In this document: positions 1-12,769 of the stretch, one piece after another
Numbering within the stretch: the stretch's first letter is position 1
Layout of the letters: each line of letters opens with the position of its first letter
Assembly: GCF_001194135.2 (NCBI RefSeq)
Contig: NC_069003.1
Coordinates: forward strand, 5,906,545 to 5,941,390
Source of the DNA: Octopus bimaculoides
Taxonomy: Eukaryota
DNA: 34,846 bases
Direction: 5' to 3'
Program-made: the position numbers and the translations under genes
The notes under the pieces: generated by a model
The model's database searches: none
Seen by the model: only the letters and a program-made list of their open reading frames with translations
What the model was told of the DNA's origin: nothing

Positions 1-3000
1 CTACGAACGAAATAACGAACGAAAGAACGAACGAATGAACGTACGTACGTAAGAACGAAAGAAAGAACGAACGACCGGAACCAAGGACGAACGTACGTAC
101 GTACCTCCGAACGAACGAACGAAGAACAAAAGAACGAGCGAAGAACTTACGAACGAACGAACGAAAGAATGAACGAAATAACGAACGAAAGAACGAAAGT
201 TCTTACGTAAGAACGATCGAACGAACGAACGAACGAACAAGCGAAACGAACGAACGTCCGTACCTACGTAAGAACGTACGAACGTAAGTACGAACGAAAG
301 AACGAACGAACGAGCTCACAAAAGAACGTACGAACGAACGAATGTAAGTACGTACGAACGAACGAACGTACGATCGAATGAACGAACGTACGTACTTACG
401 TAATTACGTACGTACGAACGATCGAACGAAGGAACGTACCTTGTGTCCGTACGTACAAACGAACGAACGAACGAACGAACCTGCGTACGTACGTAGAAAC
501 GTACGAACGTACATAAGTATGAACTTACGAATAAAAGAACGATCGAAAGAACGAGCTCAGATACGTACGTACGTACGGAAGAACGAACGGACGACCGAAC
601 GTAAGAACGTACGAACGAACGAAAGTAAGTACGAACGAAATAACGAACGAACGAAAGAACGAAAGTTCGTAAGTAAGAACGATCGAGCCAACAAACCAAC
701 GAACGTACGTACGTTTAGACGGACGAAAGAACGAACGAACGTACGTACGTACGTGCGAATGAACGGAAGAAAGAATGAACGAACGTACGTAAGTACGAAC
801 GAATGAACGATCGAACGAACGAACTCAAATACGTACGTACGTACGAACGAACAAACGAACGAAANNNNNNNNNNNNNNNNNNNNNNNNNNNNNNNNNNNN
901 NNNNNNNNNNNNNNNNNNNNNNNNNNNNNNNNNNNNNNNNNNNNNNNNNNNNNNNNNNNNNNNNNNNNNNNNNNNNNNNNNNNNNNNNNNNNNNNNNNNN
1001 NNNNNNNNNNNNNNNNNNNNNNNNNNNNNNNNNNNNNNNNNNNNNNNNNNNNNNNNNNNNNNNNNNNNNNNNNNNNNNNNNNNNNNNNNNNNNNNNNNNN
1101 NNNNNNNNNNNNNNNNNNNNNNNNNNNNNNNNNNNNNNNNNNNNNNNNNNNNNNNNNNNNNNNNNNNNNNNNNNNNNNNNNNNNNNNNNNNNNNNNNNNN
1201 NNNNNNNNNNNNNNNNNNNNNNNNNNNNNNNNNNNNNNNNNNNNNNNNNNNNNNNNNNNNNNNNNNNNNNNNNNNNNNNNNNNNNNNNNNNNNNNNNNNN
1301 NNNNNNNNNNNNNNNNNNNNNNNNNNNNNNNNNNNNNNNNNNNNNNNNNNNNNNNNNNNNNNNNNNNNNNNNNNNNNNNNNNNNNNNNNNNNNNNNNNNN
1401 NNNNNNNAAGTACGAACTTACGAACGAAAGCATGAACAAAAGAACGTACGTATGTACGAACGACCGAACGAACCTGCGTGCGTACGTACAAACGAACGAA
1501 CGAACGTACGTACGTACGTGCGAATGAACGGAAGAAAGAATGAACGAACGTACGTAAGTACGAACGAATGAACGATCGAACGAACGAACTCAAATACGTA
1601 CGTACGTACGAACGAACAAACGAACGAAAGAACGGACGACCGAACGTCAAAATGTACGAACGAACGAATGAACGAGTGTACAAAAGAACGAACGCACGAG
1701 CGTACAAACGAACGAATGAACGAACGTACGTACGTACGCACGAATGAACAAACGAACGAATGAACGTACGTACGTAAGAATGAAAGAAAGAACGAACGAA
1801 CGACCGAAACCAAGGACGAACGTACGTACGTACGAACGAACGAACGAACGTACATACGTATGTACGAACGACCGAACGAACCTGCGTACGTACGTACAGA
1901 CGAACGAACGAATGTACGTATGTACGAACGAACGGACGAACGAATGAACGATCGTACGTAAGTACGAACTTATGAACGATCGAACGAACGAACTCAAATA
2001 CGTACGAACGAACAAGCGAACGAACGAACGGACGGCCGAACGTAAGAATGTACGAACGAACGAACGAACTAACGAACAAAAGAACGAACGCACGAGCGTA
2101 CAAACTAACGAACGAACAAACGAACGTAAGTGCGTAAGAACGAACGTACGTACGTAAACACGAATGAACGAACGAACGAACACATGAACGTACGTACGTC
2201 AGAACGAAAGAAAGAACGAACGAACGATCGAAACCAAGGACGAACATACGTACGTACGTACGAACGAACGATCGAACGTACGTACGTACGTATGTACGAA
2301 CGACCGAACGAGCCTGCGTACGTACGTATAAACGAACGAACAAATATACGTACGTACGTACGAACGAATGTACGTACGAACGAACGAATGAACGAACGTA
2401 CGTAAGTACGAACTTATGAACGATTGAACGAACGAACTCAAATATGTANNNNNNNNNNNNNNNNNNNNNNNNNNNNNNNNNNNNNNNNNNNNNNNNNNNN
2501 NNNNNNNNNNNNNNNNNNNNNNNNNNNNNNNNNNNNNNNNNNNNNNNNNNNNNNNNNNNNNNNNNNNNNNNNNNNNNNNNNNNNNNNNNNNNNNNNNNNN
2601 NNNNNNNNNNNNNNNNNNNNNNNNNNNNNNNNNNNNNNNNNNNNNNNNNNNNNNNNNNNNNNNNNNNNNNNNNNNNNNNNNNNNNNNNNNNNNNNNNNNN
2701 NNNNNNNNNNNNNNNNNNNNNNNNNNNNNNNNNNNNNNNNNNNNNNNNNNNNNNNNNNNNNNNNNNNNNNNNNNNNNNNNNNNNNNNNNNNNNNNNNNNN
2801 NNNNNNNNNNNNNNNNNNNNNNNNNNNNNNNNNNNNNNNNNNNNNNNNNNNNNNNNNNNNNNNNNNNNNNNNNNNNNNNNNNNNNNNNNNNNNNNNNNNN
2901 NNNNNNNNNNNNNNNNNNNNNNNNNNNNNNNNNNNNNNNNNNNNNNNNNNNNNNNNNAATTACGTACGTACGAACGATCGAACGAAGGAACGTACCTTGT

Positions 3001-6000
3001 GTCCGTACGTACAAACGAACGAACCTGCGTACGTACGTACAAACGAACGTACGTACGTACGAACGAACGTACATAAGTACGAACTTACGAATAAATGAAT
3101 GATCGAATGAACGAACTCAGATACGTAAGTACGTACGAAAGAACGAACGGACGACCGAACGTAAGAACGTACGAACGAACGAAAGTAAGTACGAACGAAA
3201 TAACGAACGAAAGAACGAACGAACGAAAGTTCGTAAGTAAGAACGATCGAGCGAACAAACCAACGAACGTACGTACGTTTGGACGGACGAAAGAACGAAC
3301 GAACGTACGTCTATTTGTCCATACGTACGAATGAACTTAGGAACAAACGAACGAACGTACGTACATACAAACGAACGAACGAACTTACGTACGTACGTAC
3401 AAAGGGGCGAACGAACGAAATGAACAAATGAATGAACGACCTAACGAACGAAAGACCAAACACACGAATGTACGAAAGAACGAATGAATGAAGGAACGTA
3501 CGCACGAACGACCGAACGTACGTATTTATGGAAGTACGAACGATCGAACGTACCTTATGTCCGTGCGTAAGAACGAACGAACGTAAGTGCGTACGAACGA
3601 CCGAACGAAAGTGCGTACGTACGTACAAACGAACGAATGAATGTACGTACGTACGTACGAACAAACGAACGAATGAACGTACATACGTACGTGCAAACGA
3701 ACGGATGAACGAATGAACGATCAAACGAACGAACTCAGATACGTACCTACGTACGAACGTAAGAACGTACGAACGAATTAACGAACATAAGTACGAAGGA
3801 ACGAACGAGCGAGCGCATAAAAGAGCGTACGAACGCAAAAAAACTTACGTACGAACGATCGAACGAAGAAACGTATCTTGTGTTCGTACGTACAAACGAA
3901 CGAACGAACGAACGAAAAAACGAACGAATGGACGAACAAACAAACGAACGTAGTACGTACGTACGAACGAACCTGCGTACGTACGTACAAACGAACGAAC
4001 CTGCGTACGTACGTACAAACGAACGGACGAACGACTGAACGAATGTACGTAAGTACGAACTTACGAACGAAAGCACGAACAAAAGAACGTACGTACGTAT
4101 GTACGAACGACCGAACGAACCTGCGTGCGTACGTACAAACGAACGAACGTACGTACGTACGTGCGAATGAACGGAAGAAAGAATGAACGAACGTACGTAA
4201 GTACGAACGAGTGAACGATCGAACGAACGAACTCAAATACGTACGCACGAGCGTACAAACGAACGAACGAACGTACGTACACACGAATGAACGAACGAAC
4301 GAATGAACGTACGTACGTAAGAACGAAAGAACGAACGAGTGTACAAAAGAAAGAACGCACGAGCGTACAAACGAACGAACGAACGTAAGTACGTACGAAC
4401 GAACGTACGTACGTTAACACGAATGAACGAACGAACGAACGAATGAACGTACGTACGTCAGAACGAAAGAAAGAACGAACGAACGAACGAAAGAAACCAA
4501 GGACGGACATACGTACGTACGTACGAACGAACGATGGAACATACGTACGTACGTATGTACGAACGACCGAACGAGCCTGCGTACGTACGTACAAACGAAC
4601 GAACTAATATACGTACGTACGAACGAATGTACGTACGAACGAACGGACGAACGAATGAACGTACGTACGTAAGTACGAACTTATGAACGATTGAACGAAC
4701 GAACTCAAATACGTTCTTACGTACGAACGAAGAAACGAACGGACGACCGAACGTAAGAATGTACGAACGAACGAACGAACGAATGAACGTACGTACGTAA
4801 GAACGAAAGAAAGAACGAACGAACGAACGATCGAAACCAAGGACGAACGTACGTACGTACGTCCGAACGAACGAACGAAGAACAAAAGAACGAACGAAGA
4901 ACTTACGAACGAACGAACGAAAGAATGAACGAAATAACGAACGAAAGAACGAAAGTTCTTACGTAAGAACGATCGAATCGAACGAACGTCCGTACCTACG
5001 TAAGAACGTACGAACGAATTAACGAATGTAAGTACGAACGAAATAACGAACGAACGAGCTCACAAAAGAACGTACGAACGAACGAATGATCGAACGAATG
5101 TAAGTACGTACGAACGAACGAACGAACGATCGAATGAACGAACGTACGTACTTACGTAATTACGTACGTACGAACGATCGAACGAAGGAACGTACCTTGT
5201 GTCCGTACCTACAAACGAACGAACGAACGAACCTGCGTACCTACGTACAAACGAACGTACGTACGTACGAACGAACGTACATAAGTACGAACTTACGAAT
5301 AAATGAACGATCGAATGAACGAACTCAGAGACGTACGTACGTACGAAAGAACGAACGGACGACCGAACGTAAGAACGTACGTACGAATGAACGTACGTAC
5401 ATACAAACGAACGAACGAATGTACGTACGTATGTACGAACGAATGAACGAATGTACGTACAAACCAACGTACGAACGAACGAACGAACAAATGAACGAAA
5501 GCACGAACAAAAGAACGTACGAACGATCGAACGAACCTGCGTGCGTCCGTACAAACGAACGAACGAATGTACGTACGTACGTGCGAATGAACGATCGAAC
5601 GAACGAACTCAAATACGTACGTATGTATAAACGAACGAACGTATGAATGTACGAACGAACGAACGTAAGTACGAACGAACTAACGAACGAATGAACGAGT
5701 GTACAAAAGAACGAACGAACGAATGAACGTAAGTACGTACGAACGTACATACGCACGAATGAACGAACAAACGAACGAATGAACGTACGTACGTACGAAC
5801 GAACGAACGTACGTATGTACGAACGACCGAACGAACCTGCGTGCGTACGTACAAACGAACGAACGAATGTACGTACGTACGAACGAACGGACGAACGAAT
5901 GAACGATCGAACGAATGAACTAACGAACGAATGAACGACTGTACAAAAGAACGAAAGCACGAGCGTACAAACGAACGAACAAACGAAAGTACGTACGAAC

Positions 6001-6126
6001 GAACGAACGTACGTACGTACGCACGAATGAACGAACGAATGAACGTACGTACGTCCGAACGAAGAACAAACAAACGAACGAAGAACGAACGAATGAACAA
6101 ACTTACGAACGAACGAAAGAACGTAC
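1..6126 (+). repeat. Satellite block 1 (AACG-rich strand on +)
   Basis: A-rich tetramers, with landmarks read in the forward orientation up to ...GAAAGAACGTAC at 6126. Confidence 0.95.
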
Positions 6127-9100
6127 TTACTTTCGTTCGTTCGTACGTTCTTACGTTCGGTCGTCCGTTCGTTCTTCCGTACGTACGTACGTATCTGAGT
6201 TCGTTCTTTCGATCGTTCATTTATTCGTAAGTTCGTACTTATGTACGTTCGTTCGTACGTACGTTCGTTTGTACGTACGTACGCAGGTTCGTTCGTTCGT
6301 TTGTACGTACGGAAACAAGGTACGTTCCTTCGTTCGATCGTTCGTACGTACGTAATTACATAAGTACGTACGTTCGTTCGTTCATTCGATCGTTCGTTCG
6401 ATCGTTCGTACGTACCTACATTCGTTCGTTCGTACTTTCTTTTGTGAGCTCGTTCGTTCGTTCTTTCGTTCGTACTTCCGTTCGTTAATTCGTTCGTACG
6501 TTCTTACGTAGGTACGGACGTCCGTTCGTCCTTTGTTCGTTCGTTCGTTCGTTCGATCGTTCTTACATAAGAACTTTCGTTCTTTCGTTCGTTATTTCGT
6601 TCATTCTTTCGTTCGTTCGTTCGTAAGTTCTTCGTTCGTTCGTTCGGTCGTTCGGACGTACGTACGTACGTTCGTCCTTGGTTTCGGTCGTTCGTTCGTT
6701 CTTTCTTTCGTTCTTACGTACGTACGTTCGTTCGTTCGTTCGTTCGTTCATTCGTGCGTACGTACGTTCCTTCGTTCGTACGTACTTACGTTCGTTCATT
6801 CGTTCGTACATTCTTACGTTCGGTCGTTCGTTCGTTCGTACCTAATTACGTATTTGAGTTCATTCGTTCGATCGTTCATAAGTTCGTACTTACGTACGTT
6901 CGTTCATTCGTTNNNNNNNNNNNNNNNNNNNNNNNNNNNNNNNNNNNNNNNNNNNNNNNNNNNNNNNNNNNNNNNNNNNNNNNNNNNNNNNNNNNNNNNN
7001 NNNNNNNNNNNNGTACGTACGTTCCTTCGTTCGTACGTACTTACGTTCGTTCATTCGTTCGTGCATTCTTACGTTCGGTCGTTCGATCTTTCATAAGTTC
7101 GTACTTACGTACGTTCGTTCATTCGTTTGTCCGTTCGTTCGTACGTACATTCGTTCGTACGTACGCATATTCGTTCGTTCGTTTGTACGTACGTACGCAG
7201 GCTCGTTCGGTCGTTCGTACATACGTACGAACGTACGTTCGATCGTTCGTTCGTACGTATGTTCGTCCTTGGTTTCGATCGTTCGTTCGTTCTTTCGTTA
7301 TTTCGTTCATTCTTTCGTTCGTTCGTAAGTTTGTTCATTCGTTCGTTTTTTGTTCGTTCGTTCGTTCTTCGTTCGTTTGTTTGTTCTTCGTTCGGACGTA
7401 CGTACGTTCATTCGTGCGTACGTTCGTTCGTACTTTCGTTCGTTTGTACGCTCGTGCGTTCGTTCATTTGTACAGTCGTTCATTCGTTCGTTCGTATATT
7501 CTTACGTTCGGCCGTCCGTTCGTACGTACTATTTGAGTTCATTCGTTCGATCGTTCATTCGTTCGTAAATTCGTACTTACGTACGTTCGTTGATTCGTTC
7601 GTCCGTACGTACGTACATTTTTTCGTTCGTTTGTACGTACGCACGCACGCAGGTTCGTTCGGTTGTTCGTACATACGTACGTACGTTCGTCTTTGGTTTC
7701 GGTCGTTCGTTCGATCTTTCTTTCGTTCTTACGTACGTACGTTCATTCGTTCGTTCATTCGTGCGTACGTCTTTACGTTCATTCGTTCGTTCGTTCTATT
7801 GTACACTCGTTCATTCGTACATTCTTACGTTCGTTCGTTTGTTTCTTCGTTCGTACGTACGTATTTGAGTTCGTACGTACGTATTTGAGTTCGTTCGTTC
7901 GATCGTTCATTCGCACGTACGTACGTACATTCGTTCGTTCGTTTGTACGGACGCACGCAGGTTCGTTCGGTCGTTCGTACGTTCTTTTGTANNNNNNNNN
8001 NNNNNNNNNNNNNNNNNNNNNNNNNNNNNNNNNNNNNNNNNNNNNNNNNNNNNNNNNNNNNNACGTACGTACGTTCGTCTTTGGTTTCGGTCGTTCGTTC
8101 GATCTTTCTTTCGTTCTTACGTACGTACGTTCATTCGTTCGTTCATTCGTGCGTACGTCTTTACGTTCATTCGTTCGTTCGTTCTATTGTACACTCGTTC
8201 ATTCGTTCGTTCGTACATTCTTACGTTCGTTCGTTTGTTTCTTCGTTCGTACGTACGTATTTGAGTTCGTACGTACGTATTTGAGTTCGTTCGTTCGATC
8301 GTTCATTCGCACGTACGTACGTACATTCGTTCGTTCGTTTGTACGGACGCACGCAGGTTCGTTCGGTCGTTCGTACGTTCTTTTGTACGTACGTTCGTTC
8401 ATTCGTTCGTACGTACGTACATTCGTTCGTTTGTATGTACGTACGCAGGTTCGTTCGTACGTTCGTTCGTCCGTTCGTTCGTACGTACGTAGGTACGTAT
8501 TTGAGTTCGTTCGTTCGATCGTTCATAAGTTCGTACTTACGTCCGTTCGTTCATTTGTTCGTTTGCACTGTCGTACGCAGGTTCGATCGTTCGTAATACG
8601 GACGTACGTTCGTTCGTACGCTCTTTCGCTCGTTCGTTGTTTGTACGTACGGACATAAGGCACGTTCCTTCGTTCGTACGTACGTACTTACGTAAGTACT
8701 TACGTACGTTCGCTACTTCGTACGTCCGTCCGTACGTTCGTTTGTACATACGTACGTACGTTCATTCGTTCGTACGTACATTCATTCGTTCGTTTGTACG
8801 TACGTACGCACTTTCGTTCGGTCGTTCGTACGCACTTACGTTCGTTCGTTCTTACGCACGGACATATGGTACGTTCGATCGTTCGTACTTACATAAATAC
8901 GTACGTTCGGTCGTTCGTGCGTACGTTCGTTCATTCATTCGTTCTTTCGTACATTCGTTTGTTTGGTCTTTCGTTCGTTCGGTCGTTCATTCATTTGTTC
9001 ATTTCGTTCGTTCGCCCCTTTGTACGTNNNNNNNNNNNNNNNNNNNNNNNNNNNNNNNNNNNNNNNNNNNNNNNNNNNNNNNNNNNNNNNNNNNNNNNNN

Positions 9101-12100
9101 NNNNNNNNNNNNNNNNNNNNNNNNNNNNNNNNNNNNNNNNNNNNNNNNNNNNNNNNNNNNNNNNNNNNNNNNNNNNNNNNNNNNNNNNNNNNNNNNNNNN
9201 NNNNNNNNNNNNNNNNNNNNNNNNNNNNNNNNNNNNNNNNNNNNNNNNNNNNNNNNNNNNNNNNNNNNNNNNNNNNNNNNNNNNNNNNNNNNNNNNNNNN
9301 NNNNNNNCGTACTTAATTACGTAAGTACGTACGTTCGTTCGTTCATTCGATCGTTCGTTCGTACGTACTTACATTCGTTCGATCATTCGTTCGTTCGTAC
9401 TTTCTTTTGTGAGCTCGTTCGTTCGTACTTACGTTCGTTAATTCGTTCGTACGTTCTTACGTAGGTACGGACGTTCGTTCGTTTCGCTCGTTCGATCGTT
9501 CTTACGTAAAAACTTTCGTTCTTTCGTTCGTTATTTCGTTCATTTGTTCTTCGTTTGTTCGTTCGGACGTACGTACGTAGTTCGTCCTTGGTTTCGGTGG
9601 TTCGTTCGTTCTTTCTTTCGTTCTTACGTACGTACGTTCGTTCGTTCGTACGTACTTACGTTTGTTCGTTCATTTGTACGCTCGTGCGTTCGTTCTTTTG
9701 TACAGTCGTTCATTCGTTCGTTCTTTCGTTCGTTAGTTCGTTCGTACTTACGGTCGTTCGTTCGTTCGTACATTCTTACGTTCGGTCGTCCGTTCGTTTG
9801 TTCGTTCGTACGTACGTATTTGAGTTCGTTCGTTCAATCGTTCATAAGTTCGTACTTACGTACGTTCGTTCATTCGTACGTACGTATGTTCGTTCGTTCG
9901 TTTGCACGTACGTACGCAGGCTCGTTCGGTCGTTCGTACATACGTACGTACGTTCGATCGTTCGTTCGTACGTACGTATGTTCGTCCTTGGTTTCGATCG
10001 TTCGTTCGTTCTTTCTTTCGTTCTGACGTACGTACGTTCATTCGTGTTTACGTACGTACGTTCGTACGTACTTACGTTCGTTCGTTTGTACGCTCGTGTG
10101 TTCGTTCTTTTGTACACTCGTTCGTTCTTTCGTTCGTTAGTTCGTTCGTACATTCTTACGTTCGACCGTCCGTTCATTCGTTCGTACGTATTTGAGTTCG
10201 TTCGTTCGATCGTTCGTAAGTTCGTACTTACGTACGTTCGTTCATTCGTTCGTTCGTACGTACATTCGTTCGTTCGTCTGTACGTACGTACGCAGGTTCG
10301 TTCGGTCGTTCGTACATACGTACGTTCGTTCTTTCGTTCTTACGTACGTACATTCATTCGTTCGTTCGTGCGTACGTTCGTTTGTACGCTCGTGCGTTCG
10401 TTGTTTTGTACACTCGTTCGTTCTTTCGTACATTTTTACGTTCGGTCGTCCGTTCGTTCGTACGTATTTGAGTTCGTTCGTTCGTACTTACGTACGTTCG
10501 TTCATTCTTTCTTCCGTTCATTCGCACGTACGTACGTACGTTCGTTCGTTTGTACGTACGCACGCAGGTTCGTTCGGTCGTTCGTACATACGTACGTACG
10601 TTCTTTTGTTCGTGCTTCCGTTCGTAAGTTCGTACTTACGTACGTTCGTTCATTCGTCCGTCCGTTCGTTTGTTCGTCCATTCGTTCGTTCGTTCGTTCG
10701 TTCGTTTGTACGTTCGGACACAAGATACGTTTCTTCGTTCGATCGTTCGTACGTACTTACGTAAGTACGTTTGTTCGGTCGTTCGTTCGTTTGTACGTAA
10801 GTTTTTTTGCGATCGTACGCTCTTTTATGCGCTCGTTCGTTCGTTCCTTCGTACTTACGTTCGTTAATTCGTTCGTACGTTCGTACGTATCTGAGTTCGT
10901 TCGTTTGATCGTTCATTCGTTCGTCCGTTCGTTTGGACGTACGTTCATTCGTTCGTTCGTACGTACGTTCATTCGTTCGTACGTACGTACGCACTTTCGT
11001 TCGGTCGTTCGTACGCACTTACGTTCGTTCGTTCTTACGCACGGACATAAGGTACGTTCGATCGTTCGTACTTACATAAATACGTACGTTAGATCGTTCG
11101 TTCATTCATTCTTTCTTTCGTACATTCGTTTGTTTGGTCTTTCGTTCGTTCGGTCGTTCATTCATTTGTTCATTTCGTTCGTTCGCCCCTTTGTACGTAC
11201 GTACGTAAGTTAGTTCATTCGTTTGTATGTACGTACGTTCGTTCGTTCCTAAGTTCATTCGTACGTATGGACAAATGTACGTACGTTCGTTCGTTCTTTC
11301 GTCCGTCCAAACGTACGTACGTTCGTTGGTTTGTTCGTTCGATCGTTCTTACTTACGAACTTTCGTTCGTTCGTTATTTCGTTCGTACTTACTTTCGTTC
11401 GTTCGTACGTTCTTACGTTCGGTCGTCCGTTCGTTCTTTCGTACGTACGTACGTATCTGAGTTCGTTCATTCGATCGTTCATTTATTCGTAACTTCGTAC
11501 TTATGTACGTTCGTTCGTACGTACGTACGTTCGTTTGTACGTACGTACGCAGGTTCGTTCGTTCGTTTGTACGTACGGACACAAGGTACGTTCCTTCNNN
11601 NNNNNNNNNNNNNNNNNNNNNNNNNNNNNNNNNNNNNNNNNNNNNNNNNNNNNNNNNNNNNNNNNNNNNNNNNNNNNNNNNNNNNNNNNNNNNNNNNNNN
11701 NNNNNNNNNNNNNNNNNNNNNNNNNNNNNNNNNNNNNNNNNNNNNNNNNNNNNNNNNNNNNNNNNTCGCTCGTTCGTTCGTAAGTTCTTCGTTCGCTCTT
11801 TTGTTCTTCGTTCGTTCGTTCGGTCGTTCGTACGTACGTTCGTCCTTGGTTTCGGTCGTTCGTTCTTTCTTTCGTTCTTACGTACGTACGTTCATTCGTT
11901 CGTTCATTCGTGAGTACGTACGTTCCTTCGTTCGTACGTACTTACGTTCGTTCATTCGTTCGTACATTCTTACGTTCGGTCGTTCGTTCGTTTGTTCGTT
12001 CGTACGTAATTGAGTTCATTCGTTCGATCGTTCATAAGTTCGTACTTACGTACATTCATTCGTTCGTCCGTTCGTTCGTACGTACATTCGTTCGTACGGA

Positions 12101-12769
12101 CGTATATACGTTCGTTCGTTTGTACGTACGTACGCAGGCTCGTTCGGTCGTTCGTACATACGTACGAACGTACGTTCGATCGTTCGTTCGTACGTACGTA
12201 TGTTCGTCCTTGGTTTCGATCGTTCGTTCGTTCTTTCGTTCATTCTTTCGTTCGTTCGTAAGTTTGTTCATTGGTTCGTTCGTTCGTTCTTCGTTCGTTT
12301 GTTTGTTCTTCTTTCGGACGTACGTACGTTCATTCGTGCGTACGTACGTACGTTCGTACTTTCGTTCGTTCGTTCGTTTGTACGCTCGTGCGTTCGTTCT
12401 TTTGTACAGTCGTTCATTCGTTCGTTCGTATATTCTTAGGTTCGGCCGTCCGTTCGTTCGTTCGTTTGTTCGTTCGTACGTACGCACGCAGGTTCGTTCG
12501 GTCGTTCGTACATTCGATCGTTCGTACGTACGTTCGTCTTTGGTTTCGGTCGTTCGTTCGATCTTTCTTTCGTTCTTACGTAGTACCTTCATTCGTTCGT
12601 TTGTTCGTTCATTCGTGCGTACGTACGTTCGTACGTACTTACGTTCATTCGTTCGTTTGTACGCTCGTGCGTTCGTTCTTTTGTACACTCGTTCATTCGT
12701 TCGTTCTTTCGTTCGTACTTACGTTCGTTCGTACTTACGTTCGTTCGTACATTCTTACGTTCGTTCGTT
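6127..12769 (-). repeat. Satellite block 2, inverted (CGTT-rich on +)
   Basis: Abrupt switch to T-rich tetramers. Landmarks appear as reverse complements (TTTTGTGAGCTC near 6446 and 9411, CGCCCCTTTG near 9013 and 11184, ACAAGGTACGTTCC near 6316 and 11581). Both junctions lie inside contiguous, N-free sequence. Confidence 0.95.
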
